NCBI GenBank assembly: GCA_049591595.1
Contig: JBAWFE010000027.1
Span: forward strand, 149,812-213,811
DNA: 64,000 nucleotides
From: Candidatus Dormiibacterota bacterium
GTDB taxonomy: Bacteria > Chloroflexota > Dormibacteria > Aeolococcales > Bog-877
Reading direction: 5' to 3'
The translations under genes were made by a program, and so were the position numbers. Below, piece after piece: positions 28,227 to 41,176 of the stretch. Position 1 is the stretch's first letter, and each line of letters begins with the position of its first letter. A model generated the notes under the pieces. It was not told the DNA's origin. It did no database searches and was given only the letters and a program-made list of their open reading frames with translations.

Positions 28227-28785
28227 CGCCCCCCGGGTCCCCAGTACCGCCCGCCATTACGCGGAGGCGGTCTTCCAGCTAGCCCAGGACGAGGGAGCGT
28301 TCGCGCCATGGCTAGCACGGTTGGGGCGGCTGCGCCAGCTGCTGGAGTCGAGCGACCTGGGCAAGACGCTCGCCGACCCCTCCCTCAGGATCGCCCAGAA
28401 GCTGGAGCTCTGCCGAGCGATCCTGACCGAGGACCGGGAGATCGACAAGCTGGCTGGCAACCTGCTCTTGGTGCTGGTGAGTAGCCAGCGCCAGCGACTA
28501 CTACCGGCGATCGAAGCCGGCTACCAGCAGCTGGTGGACAAGCGCGAGGGCCGGGTCCTGGCCCAGCTGACGACCGCAGTCCCGGTGAGTCCCGCCGAGC
28601 AGACGGAGCTGGCGCAGAAGCTCTCGGAGCGGCTCCGACTCGATGTCAGATTCGAGGCCAAGGTTGACCCCGCCCTCTTGGGCGGGGCAGTGGTGCGGGT
28701 GGGAGATCGGGTTTTCGACGCGAGCCTGACCACCCGGCTCCAGCAGTTACGCCAGGACCTGCTTTCTCAAGTGCCAAATAGATGA
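28219..28785 (+). CDS. atpH: F-type ATP synthase subunit delta (OSCP)
   Basis: OSCP-like 188 aa protein between atpF and atpA. Confidence 0.85.
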   Translation: MPDAPRVPSTARHYAEAVFQLAQDEGAFAPWLARLGRLRQLLESSDLGKTLADPSLRIAQKLELCRAILTEDREIDKLAGNLLLVLVSSQRQRLLPAIEAGYQQLVDKREGRVLAQLTTAVPVSPAEQTELAQKLSERLRLDVRFEAKVDPALLGGAVVRVGDRVFDASLTTRLQQLRQDLLSQVPNR

Positions 28786-28792
28786 GGAAAAC

Positions 28793-30328
<1,536 letters not shown>

Positions 30329-30336
30329 ACAGCCAC

Positions 30337-32836
<2,500 letters not shown>

Positions 32837-32837
32837 C

Positions 32838-33260
32838 TTGGCCGTCCCCACCAGGCTGCTGGCGGCCGTAAGGCCGCTCTTCGAGGGTGACTGCGACTTC
32901 ATCGTGGCCAGAGGCTCCGACGGCGAACTCGGGGTGCTGCCTGGCCATGCGCCGCTTCTCACCTGGCTCAAGCCCGGCGAGCTGATGCTGCGCCAAGGCC
33001 GTGACGAGCACTTTTTCTTCCTCGAAGGAGCCTACCTGGAGGTGCTCCGCGACCGGGTCTCGATCCTCGCCGATAGAGCTGTTCCCGTCAGCGAGATCGA
33101 CGCCGCCGCGGCGGAGGAGGCGAGGCGAGCCGCCCAGGAAGCCCTGGCCAGGACGACTAGTCCAGGGTCGGAGGAGTTGGCGGAGCTGCAAGGGGAGTTG
33201 GAGGTGGCGGAGTACCGGCTGCAGGCCGCCGAGCGCGACCGCCGGCGGCGCCGGGACTAG
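32838..33260 (+). CDS. atpC: F-type ATP synthase subunit epsilon
   Basis: GVLPGHAPLLTWLKPGELMLRQG is the beta-sandwich signature. C-terminal helical hairpin. TTG start 2 nt after the atpD stop. Confidence 0.85.
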   Translation: MAVPTRLLAAVRPLFEGDCDFIVARGSDGELGVLPGHAPLLTWLKPGELMLRQGRDEHFFFLEGAYLEVLRDRVSILADRAVPVSEIDAAAAEEARRAAQEALARTTSPGSEELAELQGELEVAEYRLQAAERDRRRRRD

Positions 33261-33320
33261 CGCTCTCCTCCGGGCTCGGTAACGACCCGGTCGCAGCCGG
33301 GCCCGGCAGGCAACCCGCCA

Positions 33321-33326
33321 TATACT
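33321..33326 (+). promoter_or_regulatory. candidate -10 hexamer TATACT placed 6 nt upstream of a GTG start (possible leaderless transcript)
   Basis: TATACT at 33321-33326 and GTG at 33333. TATACTC(C)GG also recurs at 40795 (upstream of flp) and 60038 (upstream of ftsE). Confidence 0.3.
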
Positions 33327-33332
33327 CGGCCG

Positions 33333-34124
33333 GTGCCAGGGGCCGGCGTCTCGCCCACTTCCATCTCTCCCGGTCCACTCACCGACGGCCCCGCGCGCCT
33401 GGAGGTGCTGGGGGTACCGGTGGACAGCTGCACCCTCCCACAAGCGCTGGCCCGCTGCGAAGCCGCAGCCACCCACGCACACGGTCCCTTGCAGGTGGTG
33501 ACCCTGAATCCGGAGATGGTCATGCAGGCGCGCCGGCAGCCCACCCTTGCTCAGGCGATCCGAGCTGCCGGGCTGATCCTCCCCGACGGTGCAGGGGTGG
33601 TCTGGGCAAGCCGCCGACTCGGGACGCCGGTCCCGGGGCGAATCGCGGGAGCTGACTTCCTGCACGACCTGGCGGGGCTGTCCGCCGACCGTGGCTGGTC
33701 GATCTTTCTGTTGGGGGCGGCTCCGGGAGTTGCCCAGGCGGCGGCCAATACGCTGGCGGAGACCCACCCGGGACTGCTGGTGGCCGGACTCTGGAGTGGC
33801 TCCCCAGACGAGAGTGAGGCGGTCGGCATCGCCGAGCGGATTCGGCAGTCTGGCGCCACCGTGCTGGCGGTCGCCTTCGGCGTGCCCCACCAGGATCTCT
33901 GGCTTGCTCACCACCTCGGCTCGACGGGGGCCCGGGTCGGAATCGGCGTGGGCGGCACGCTCGACTATCTCGCAGGCAGAGTGAGGCGGGCGCCCGAACC
34001 GCTGCGCAAGGCAGGGTTGGAGTGGAGCTTCCGACTGTTCCGCCAGCCCTGGCGACTACCGAGGATGCTCCGTGGTGCTCCCTTCTTTTGGGACGTGCTG
34101 AAGGAATCGCGGAGATCGTCCTGA
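33333..34124 (+). CDS. WecB/TagA/CpsF-family (GT26) glycosyltransferase
   Basis: LEVLGVPVDSCTLPQALARCEAA ... VVTLNPEMVMQARRQP ... ILPDGAGVVWASRRLG ... QDLWLAHH is GT26-collinear. Confidence 0.75.
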   Translation: MPGAGVSPTSISPGPLTDGPARLEVLGVPVDSCTLPQALARCEAAATHAHGPLQVVTLNPEMVMQARRQPTLAQAIRAAGLILPDGAGVVWASRRLGTPVPGRIAGADFLHDLAGLSADRGWSIFLLGAAPGVAQAAANTLAETHPGLLVAGLWSGSPDESEAVGIAERIRQSGATVLAVAFGVPHQDLWLAHHLGSTGARVGIGVGGTLDYLAGRVRRAPEPLRKAGLEWSFRLFRQPWRLPRMLRGAPFFWDVLKESRRSS

Positions 34125-34126
34125 CC

Positions 34127-34861
34127 TTGAGCGGAGGGCCGATCGAGCTCAGCCTTGTGCTGCCAGCCTATAACGAGGTGGTGCGGCTGCCGCCCTCTCT
34201 GGAGGCCATCCGCAAGTACCTGGACCTGGCGGGGAGACCGTACGAGGTGCTGGTGGTTGACGACGGGAGTTCAGATGGGACGCGGCGGATGGTGGAGCAG
34301 GTCATGGCGGACTGGCCCCAACTTCAGCTGATCGTCTTCGATCGCAACGAGGGCAAGGGGGCAGCCGTCCGAGCCGGCATGCTGCAGGCGGTCGGGCAGC
34401 TCCGGCTGTTCAGCGATGCCGACCTCTCGACCCCGATCTCGGAAATGGGAAAGCTGGAGACCGCGATCGCCAAAGGGGCGGGGGTGGCGATCGGGTCTCG
34501 GGCGCTTCCTGAATCCCAGGTTGAGCTACACCAGCCGCTCTATCGAGAGCTGATGGGCAAGACCTACAACCAGGCCCTGCGCCGACTGGTCCTTCCCGGG
34601 CTGAGGGACACCCAGTGCGGCTTCAAGATGTTCACTGCCGCCGCCGCCCAGAGCTGCTTCGCTCCGCTGCGGACGCCGGGCTTCGGCTTCGACGCCGAGG
34701 TGCTGCTGCGGGCGCGGCTGCAGGCCATTCCCATCGCCGAGGTTCCCGTCATCTGGCGCAACGCCGTCGGCACTCGGGTCAGTTCGTTTCGCGATGGGGG
34801 GCTGATGCTGGCAGATCTGCTGCGCCTGCGTCGGCGCGTCGGCTCGGACCCCACGGCGTGA
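34127..34861 (+). CDS. GT2 polyprenol-phosphate mannosyltransferase-like (Ppm/DPM1-like synthase)
   Basis: LSLVLPAYNE ... YEVLVVDDGSSDGT ... DADLS. The TTG start is 3 nt after the GT26 stop. Confidence 0.7.
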   Translation: MSGGPIELSLVLPAYNEVVRLPPSLEAIRKYLDLAGRPYEVLVVDDGSSDGTRRMVEQVMADWPQLQLIVFDRNEGKGAAVRAGMLQAVGQLRLFSDADLSTPISEMGKLETAIAKGAGVAIGSRALPESQVELHQPLYRELMGKTYNQALRRLVLPGLRDTQCGFKMFTAAAAQSCFAPLRTPGFGFDAEVLLRARLQAIPIAEVPVIWRNAVGTRVSSFRDGGLMLADLLRLRRRVGSDPTA

Positions 34862-36411
34862 GCCAGGAGCTGTCGCCTCGGCGCCAAGGGCTGGGGCCCG
34901 GGTTCTTCGACCTCGACCGGGCGGCCGGCTGGGCCCACGCGTTGCTTCGAGCGACCTCAGGTCGAGGGTGGTCGATCGCCGCTGCTGGGACGTTGGTCAT
35001 CGGAGGCGCGGCCGCCGGACTGCACGCCCCGACTTCGGGGGCGTGGTTCTGGCACGTGGCGAACGGAGAGCTGATCAGCCGCCACGGGCTAAGCGGCACC
35101 GCGCTGTCCCTGGCCCGACCGGGAGCGGTGCTCGACCTGCGCAGCTGGCTGGCCGATCTGGGGCTCTTCCTCATATATAGGAGCACCGGCCTCGTTGGTC
35201 TCGCGGTGACTGGCGCCGTCGCGGGCGCTCTGATCGGCGGTTGCCTGATCCTTGCGATCAGGGCTACCGCCAGGTCTCACCCGTTGGTGGCCCTCCTAGC
35301 TGGGGGGCTCGGACTTGGAGCCTTGGCACCGGTCATCACTGATTTGTCTTCGGAGCTGCTCGCCGTCCTCGCCGCCCTCTTGGTTCTCACCTTGACCTTT
35401 GCCGGGAGGCGGAGCTGGTGGGGAGCCGGTGCCGCGGTGGCGTTGATCGTCGTCTGGACCAATGCCCAGGCGGACGCCGGGATTGCCGTGGTGGTCATCT
35501 GGGGGTGGGTGGTCCTGGGCCACTGGGACGCCAACCGGCCGGGGCGCCCGACCGCGCCGAGCTGGTGGGTGATCCCGCTCGCCGGGGTGGCCCTGATCCT
35601 AAGTCCGAGGGGGATTGGTGCGGTCGCCCAGCTGCCGCTGAGCCTGGGTATGCAGGGCGAGAATCCGCTCTTGGCAGCGTGGTCCAGCATCAACTTCCAT
35701 CCCTGGACCGCCCGGGTGGCGGAGCTGGCGGGGATGGTGCTGTTGGTCGCGTACTGGCTCGCGGGTTCACGACTCCGCCGCACGGACGCCTTTCTGGGGC
35801 TCGGCACCGGCGTGCTGGCCCTCCTGTGGGCCAATTACCTGCCCTGGTTTCTGGTGGTGGCCGCAGTCCAGAGCAGCTGGTACCTGTCGGTAGCTTGGCT
35901 GCCGCGCGGGGCGGTCGATGGCTTGGCACCCACCTCCAGTCAAAGGGGAGGTGCAGGGAGTCACCGGGCCGCCGTGGCCGCGGCGATTCCGATCCTGATC
36001 GCGATTCTTGTGCTGGGATCCGGGTTGGCGGCTGTCTCAAGGCGGGGAGGGGTCAGCGGGCAGACTAAGGCTCAACTTCCGGTCCAGGCGGCGCGCTGGT
36101 TGGCTGTCCACCCGGCTCGCGGCGCCTGGTTCACCACCCCGAGCTTCGGAGACTATCTGAGCAGTCGGTTCCCCTCCGGTCACAATTTACTTTGCATCGA
36201 CGACCCCGTGCCCATGGCAGGCGCGGCGCTGGGTCAGTGCGAGGCGCTAGCGGAGCTCAATGCGGGATCCCTTGCGATCCTGCGGTCCCTGGGGGCGAAG
36301 CTGGCGGTCCTGCCCAGGGCCGCGCCGGCGGCCGCTTTCCTGCGAGCTGAGGGATGGGAGATCCGGTATCGTGACCCCACCACGGTGGTTCTAGCGCCCA
36401 GGAATCTCTAA
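34858..36411 (+). CDS. polytopic membrane protein (paralog of 37974-39566; possible GT-C-type glycosyltransferase)
   Basis: The GTG start overlaps the Ppm-like gene stop (GTGA). >10 predicted TM helices. WFWHVANGELI motif and a C-terminal soluble domain PVQAARWL...FGDYLS...WEIRYRD shared with the paralog. Confidence 0.5.
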   Translation: MSQELSPRRQGLGPGFFDLDRAAGWAHALLRATSGRGWSIAAAGTLVIGGAAAGLHAPTSGAWFWHVANGELISRHGLSGTALSLARPGAVLDLRSWLADLGLFLIYRSTGLVGLAVTGAVAGALIGGCLILAIRATARSHPLVALLAGGLGLGALAPVITDLSSELLAVLAALLVLTLTFAGRRSWWGAGAAVALIVVWTNAQADAGIAVVVIWGWVVLGHWDANRPGRPTAPSWWVIPLAGVALILSPRGIGAVAQLPLSLGMQGENPLLAAWSSINFHPWTARVAELAGMVLLVAYWLAGSRLRRTDAFLGLGTGVLALLWANYLPWFLVVAAVQSSWYLSVAWLPRGAVDGLAPTSSQRGGAGSHRAAVAAAIPILIAILVLGSGLAAVSRRGGVSGQTKAQLPVQAARWLAVHPARGAWFTTPSFGDYLSSRFPSGHNLLCIDDPVPMAGAALGQCEALAELNAGSLAILRSLGAKLAVLPRAAPAAAFLRAEGWEIRYRDPTTVVLAPRNL

Positions 36412-36460
36412 GCCACTTCGGCTACGATCCGGGCAGATCGATCGGCTCAGGCAGGAGAAC

Positions 36461-37432
36461 ATGTCCAAAAAGTCGATGGCCGCCCGGCGGCAGATGCGGG
36501 AGGCGGCGGCCGAGGGCCGGGTAGCCGGGTCCCGCCAGCAGACTCGCGGCCGGACCAAAGGCCGTAACTACCGCCGCAACACCTCCGGGCGGCCGTGGGG
36601 TCTGATCTCCGCAGTGGTCGGGGTGGTCGCGGTCTTCGTGATCGTGGTGGTGCTCATCGACGGCTCCGTCCAGGGCGCCTTGAAACAGGACACCCAGGTG
36701 CTGCCCGCGCCCGCATCTTTGGTGAGCGCGCTGGGTCACATTCCGGCGAAGACCCTGGACGCCGTGGCGGGGGGGAGTATCGCTAACTATCCGGTCAATA
36801 TCCCGGCCTCATACAAGCCGGTGGCGCTTAGCGCCAAGGGGCTGCCTGAGTTGGCCTTCGTCGGCGCGGAGTATTGCCCTTTCTGCGCAGTCCAGCGCTG
36901 GTCCCTGATCATTGGACTGAGCCCATTCGGCACGTGGTCGGGGTTACACATAATCCGGTCGTCGGTGTACGACACTCCGTCCAACCTGCCCACTTTCACT
37001 TTCGCCTATGGTGCGAAATTCAAGAGCAAATATCTAAACTTCTCGACCCGCGAACTCGAGAGCAACGTGTCAATAAACAAGGACGGTTCGCCCTACAAAT
37101 CCCTGCAAGCGATAACCGGCGAGCTGGAATCCGCCTTTACCAACATCGGCTCTGGGGGATACCCCTTTTTGGACTACGCCGGTAAAGTGGCCCAGGCGGG
37201 CAGCGAGGAGGGGAGCAGCTCGACCGACGTGGCCGCGTTGCAGGGCCTGAGCTGGAACCAGGTATTGACCCACTTGCGTAATAACCCCAATTCGGCGATA
37301 AGCCAGGTGGTCTTGGGCGGGGCCAACTATGTGACGGCGGCCACCTGCAGCATGACGGGCAATAAGCCCGCGGCGGTCTGCAACAGCTCGAGGATCAAGA
37401 CCCTGGAGAGTCAAGTGGCCGCGAGCGCGTGA
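36461..37432 (+). CDS. thioredoxin-fold protein with CPFC active site (DsbA-like; resembles DUF929)
   Basis: N-terminal Arg-rich cytoplasmic tail, one TM (LISAVVGVVAVFVIVVVLI), then FVGAEYCPFCAVQRWSLI (CxxC). RBS AGGAGA before the ATG. Confidence 0.5.
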   Translation: MSKKSMAARRQMREAAAEGRVAGSRQQTRGRTKGRNYRRNTSGRPWGLISAVVGVVAVFVIVVVLIDGSVQGALKQDTQVLPAPASLVSALGHIPAKTLDAVAGGSIANYPVNIPASYKPVALSAKGLPELAFVGAEYCPFCAVQRWSLIIGLSPFGTWSGLHIIRSSVYDTPSNLPTFTFAYGAKFKSKYLNFSTRELESNVSINKDGSPYKSLQAITGELESAFTNIGSGGYPFLDYAGKVAQAGSEEGSSSTDVAALQGLSWNQVLTHLRNNPNSAISQVVLGGANYVTAATCSMTGNKPAAVCNSSRIKTLESQVAASA

Positions 37433-37962
37433 GCAAATCTCGGAGTCGTCGACGGATGGTGCCGGCCACCGCCGGAGCCGACTCGGGAACTGAGCTCAGA
37501 TCCCCCGATGAGCGCTCTGAGTCGTCGCCGCTGGGGGCGGTGGCACTGGTCGTGCTCGCTCTCGTTGGAATGGGTCTTGCGGGGTACCTGACGGCGGTCC
37601 ACTATGCCCCCACGCTGTTGGTCTGCAGCAACAGCGGGGTGATCAACTGTGAGGCAGTACTGACCAGTAGCTTCTCGCTGATCCCGGGCACCTCGATTCC
37701 CATCACCGTGCCTGGGCTGGCCTTCTTCCTAGTCAGCTTGGCGCTGGCGGGGTCGCAGCTGCGTCGGCCGGAGAACTATCAGCTCCGCCAGGCCCACGCG
37801 GTGTGGGGAGGTCTGGGTCTGCTGACCGCGCTCTACTTGGTGTTTGTGGAAGTGATGGAGGTGCACAACATTTGCCTCTGGTGCTCCTGCGTGCATCTGA
37901 CCCTCCTGCTCACCTTCCTCATCACTCTATGGCGCCTCTACCCCAAGCCGAACGCCCGGTAA
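37429..37962 (+). CDS. vitamin K epoxide reductase (VKOR) family membrane oxidoreductase
   Basis: 4 TM. Loop cysteine pair CSNSGVINC and CxxC at the start of the last TM (CLWCSC). The GTG start overlaps the upstream stop (GTGA). Confidence 0.65.
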   Translation: MSKSRSRRRMVPATAGADSGTELRSPDERSESSPLGAVALVVLALVGMGLAGYLTAVHYAPTLLVCSNSGVINCEAVLTSSFSLIPGTSIPITVPGLAFFLVSLALAGSQLRRPENYQLRQAHAVWGGLGLLTALYLVFVEVMEVHNICLWCSCVHLTLLLTFLITLWRLYPKPNAR

Positions 37963-37973
37963 AACTGTGCTGG

Positions 37974-39566
37974 TCAGGGCAGGGCCCTGGCCTGGCTGGC
38001 ACAGGCGGCGATACCTCTGGACCGCCAGCTGGCCGCCGTAGGGTTGGCGGGCAGGTGCAGGGTGCTGAGCAGGCTGGTCCGCTCAAAACCCTCGACCCGG
38101 CGGTCCCGGTAGACGAGGGTCCACTCCTTCGATTGCTGAAGCGCATCCGGGAAGGCGGTGCCCCGTTCGAACACGACCACCTGGGAGGGGCTGGAGTCGA
38201 GGTTTTTGAGCCAGTTGGGGCTCAAGTCGATAATCGAGGCGTAGCGCTCCAGCAGCTGGCTGCCCATCAGCGCTGCGTCACCGAAGATGAACACCTTGTC
38301 CTTCGGCACTGAGTAAGCGAGGAAGCCACCGTCACCGTACTGGTTGAAGATGCGCAGCTGCCCCGGTGCGGAATCAAGCCACCTCGCGGCGCAGACGGGA
38401 AAGGAGTTGATGTAGGTCGAGGAGTTCAGCGCCGGGCTACCGCCGGTGTCCACCTGGACAGTCAGGAGGGCCAGTAGGAAGACGAACTCCAGCAGCTCGA
38501 CCAAAATCACCACCGGCGGCTGGCGCAGCCTCAGGTGGGGACGCCACCGTCGGGCCAGGTCAAGTCGGGCGCGGTCAGCCAGATTGATCCAGACAGGGGC
38601 GCCGGCCGCCAAGAGGAAGACACTGTTGCGTACCGACTGGAGGGTGAGGAAGAGGCTCAGGGCCAGCACTAGCCCGTCGCGCAGCGAGATCGATCGATAC
38701 CGGACCAGAAGCACCCCCAGGCTGAGGATGAAGATCAAAAGGGGGAGCAGCACCGCCGCGTGAAAGTCCGGGCTCTGCCACTCCTGGATCAGCGCCTGCT
38801 GGGCGGTGTTGAACTGTGTCTCGAAGGGGTAGGCGATGATCGCCGGTCCGTTGGGGTTGAGCAGGCATACAGCAACCGAGCAGCCGGTCGCCCATCCGAG
38901 TTGCACGATCCGATGTCGGTCTAGGGCGGACCGGCGCCGGGCCAGGACCAGGCCGCCCTCCACCACCATGATGGCCAGCAGGAAGATCAGCCCAAGGATG
39001 AATCCGGCATGCAGGTTGGACCAGATCAGGAAGATCGGGGGTAGCAGCCAGGCGGCGAACCCACCCCGCCGCAGTTGACGCTCCGCCAAGAGGAGCACCA
39101 ACGCCGTGAGCATGTATGAATCCATCTGGGAGCGCGGTCCCAGGATCGGATAGGCGGCCAGAGCTGCCAGCAGGATGCCCACCGCTAGGGTCGCGCCGTG
39201 GGCGGGTCCCAGCTCTCGGGATCGCAGCCAGATGAGCAGGAACAGGGCCAGGGTAATCAGCTCGTAGACGATCACCACACCTAAGCGGCCGGAGGCGGCG
39301 GCGACTGCCGCCATCCAGGACTCACTCAGCCACTCCTGCATCACCCAGTGGCGACCCACCGCCATGAAGGCGTACGGGTTGACGTGGATGAGAGCGTTGG
39401 TGGCCAGCAGGGTCTTGCCGTTCCGCAGGTGCCACCAGAAGTCCGGGTCCGAGACCTCGGGTCGTGCCAGGAGCATGGCCGCCAGGAGCCCACTCAGGGC
39501 GAGGAACCGAGGCAAGGTCAACCACTGGCGCCGCGTGGTCGCCCGCCTCAGCTGATCCGGTGGCAC
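37974..39566 (-). CDS. polytopic membrane protein (paralog of 34858-36411)
   Basis: DFWWHLRNGKTL / IHVNPYAF motifs, >10 TM, and a C-terminal domain PVCAARWL...YGDGGFLA...WTLVYRD matching the paralog. Confidence 0.5.
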   Translation of the reverse strand: MPPDQLRRATTRRQWLTLPRFLALSGLLAAMLLARPEVSDPDFWWHLRNGKTLLATNALIHVNPYAFMAVGRHWVMQEWLSESWMAAVAAASGRLGVVIVYELITLALFLLIWLRSRELGPAHGATLAVGILLAALAAYPILGPRSQMDSYMLTALVLLLAERQLRRGGFAAWLLPPIFLIWSNLHAGFILGLIFLLAIMVVEGGLVLARRRSALDRHRIVQLGWATGCSVAVCLLNPNGPAIIAYPFETQFNTAQQALIQEWQSPDFHAAVLLPLLIFILSLGVLLVRYRSISLRDGLVLALSLFLTLQSVRNSVFLLAAGAPVWINLADRARLDLARRWRPHLRLRQPPVVILVELLEFVFLLALLTVQVDTGGSPALNSSTYINSFPVCAARWLDSAPGQLRIFNQYGDGGFLAYSVPKDKVFIFGDAALMGSQLLERYASIIDLSPNWLKNLDSSPSQVVVFERGTAFPDALQQSKEWTLVYRDRRVEGFERTSLLSTLHLPANPTAASWRSRGIAACASQARALP

Positions 39567-39679
39567 GTCATATCCCGAGCGATCACGGGCGCCAGTGTAG
39601 GTGGGGCCGGCGGCCCCTCACTGTGGCGTCGCCTGACCAGCCCCGGGCATTTCTTTGGGCCACCACGTACCCTTTGGGC

Positions 39680-40741
39680 GTGGCCGCTCGACCCCAGTCG
39701 CCCGTCGCGTCTCCTCTCGGGGAGCTCCAGCTGGTCCTGGAGGAGGAGGTGCTCCGGGTGGAGAACGCCCTCCTCACCATCGACGAGGAGGTCATGCAGC
39801 TGCTCTCCGCCCTGGACCAGGTCGGGGACCGGCTGGAGGACTCCGACATCGTGCGCCGCCATGTCCTGCGTGACCACGCGCGCTTCACTTCCGCCGAGGT
39901 GGAGGCCGCCATCGGTCGCTGCTTCGCTTTGAGATCAGAGATGACCTTGGCTAGGCTGCGCCTCGCCCACTGTCGGAGCTGGGCGAAGGAGTTGCGCTAC
40001 TGGCACTCCCTGATGAAGGCAGCCGCCGAACAGTTGGAGGACCACCGACCTCCCGACGGCACCCTGGAGGAGGGTCTGGCGCGCTATCGAAGCGCGTCGC
40101 GGCAGGTCTTCCAGACCATCGACGAGGAGCGGATGCGGATTGCCCGGGATATGCACGACGGACCCGCTCAGTCGATGTCCAATCTGGTGCTTCGGGCCGA
40201 GATTCTCGAGCGCATGGTCGATCGGGAGCCAGAGCGGGCCAAAGCGGAGGTTCAGAGCTTCAAGGATGCGATGAAGGGGGTGTTGGACGAGACCAGACAG
40301 CTGATCTTCGACCTGCGCCCTATGACCCTTGACGACCTTGGGGTGATTCCGACTCTGCGACGGCTGGTCAACGAGTTCCGGGACGCGGAGGGGATCGAGG
40401 GCCGGCTCTCGGTGATCGGAACTGAACGGCGACTCCCGGCGGCCACCGAGGGAGCTCTCTTCCGGATCGTCAAGGAAGCTCTGGTCAACGTCCGCAAGCA
40501 CGCTCGAGCGCACAGCCTGGATGTACTAATTAATTTGCAGCCGCAGCGGGTGAGCGCGGTCATCAAGGACGATGGGGATGGCTTCGACCTAGCGGCGGTG
40601 GAGGTGCGGCTTGCTCGCGAACCACACTTCGGACTGATCTCGATGCGGGAGCGCGCCGACCTCGAGCAAGGTCAACTGGAAATCCTCTCCCAGGTCGGCC
40701 GAGGCACCGAAGTGCGAGTAACGCTGCCGATCGAACCGTGA
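39680..40741 (+). CDS. cytoplasmic sensor histidine kinase (HisKA_3 + HATPase_c, DegS/NarX-type)
   Basis: H-box RMRIARDMHDGPAQSMSNL, an N-terminal coiled coil, no TM segment, and an ATPase G-box region DDGDGF. Start uncertain (TTG 39674 or GTG 39680). Confidence 0.7.
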   Translation: MAARPQSPVASPLGELQLVLEEEVLRVENALLTIDEEVMQLLSALDQVGDRLEDSDIVRRHVLRDHARFTSAEVEAAIGRCFALRSEMTLARLRLAHCRSWAKELRYWHSLMKAAAEQLEDHRPPDGTLEEGLARYRSASRQVFQTIDEERMRIARDMHDGPAQSMSNLVLRAEILERMVDREPERAKAEVQSFKDAMKGVLDETRQLIFDLRPMTLDDLGVIPTLRRLVNEFRDAEGIEGRLSVIGTERRLPAATEGALFRIVKEALVNVRKHARAHSLDVLINLQPQRVSAVIKDDGDGFDLAAVEVRLAREPHFGLISMRERADLEQGQLEILSQVGRGTEVRVTLPIEP

Positions 40742-40868
40742 TTCCTGACAGGAAAGTTACGCAGCGGTTACACGGATTGCTGGCTACCTGACCATATACT
40801 CCGGCTGCCATAGCTAGGCCTAGGGATTCAGTTTCCTAGATTGAGAACGGCAAGGAGGTCTGAAAGGT

Positions 40869-41072
40869 ATGCTCGGAAGTTGGTACGTACGGCTGCGTGA
40901 CCGGATCGGTCAGGTAGTCTCGCACCGCGACTCGGACGAAGAGGGCCAGGGGATGGTTGAGTACGCGTTGATCCTGGTGCTGATCGCGATCGTTGTCATC
41001 GTTATCCTCACTGTGGTGGGACACCGCGTCAGCGACGTCTTCTCCAACATCAACACTGGTCTCGGCGGCTGA
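40869..41072 (+). CDS. flp: Flp-family type IVc prepilin
   Basis: GQGMVEYALILVLIAIVVIVILTVVG matches the Flp motif G/xxxxEY followed by a hydrophobic helix. AAGGAGG RBS 7 nt upstream. 67 aa. Confidence 0.65.
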   Translation: MLGSWYVRLRDRIGQVVSHRDSDEEGQGMVEYALILVLIAIVVIVILTVVGHRVSDVFSNINTGLGG

Positions 41073-41176
41073 TTCGTCGTAGCACTCAAGCGCGCGGCGG
41101 GGCGACCCGCCGCGCGTTTGTCCAATCCACCCAACGGCCCCGCGGCCCGCGGTAATCCCAGCGGAGGTTTTCGACG

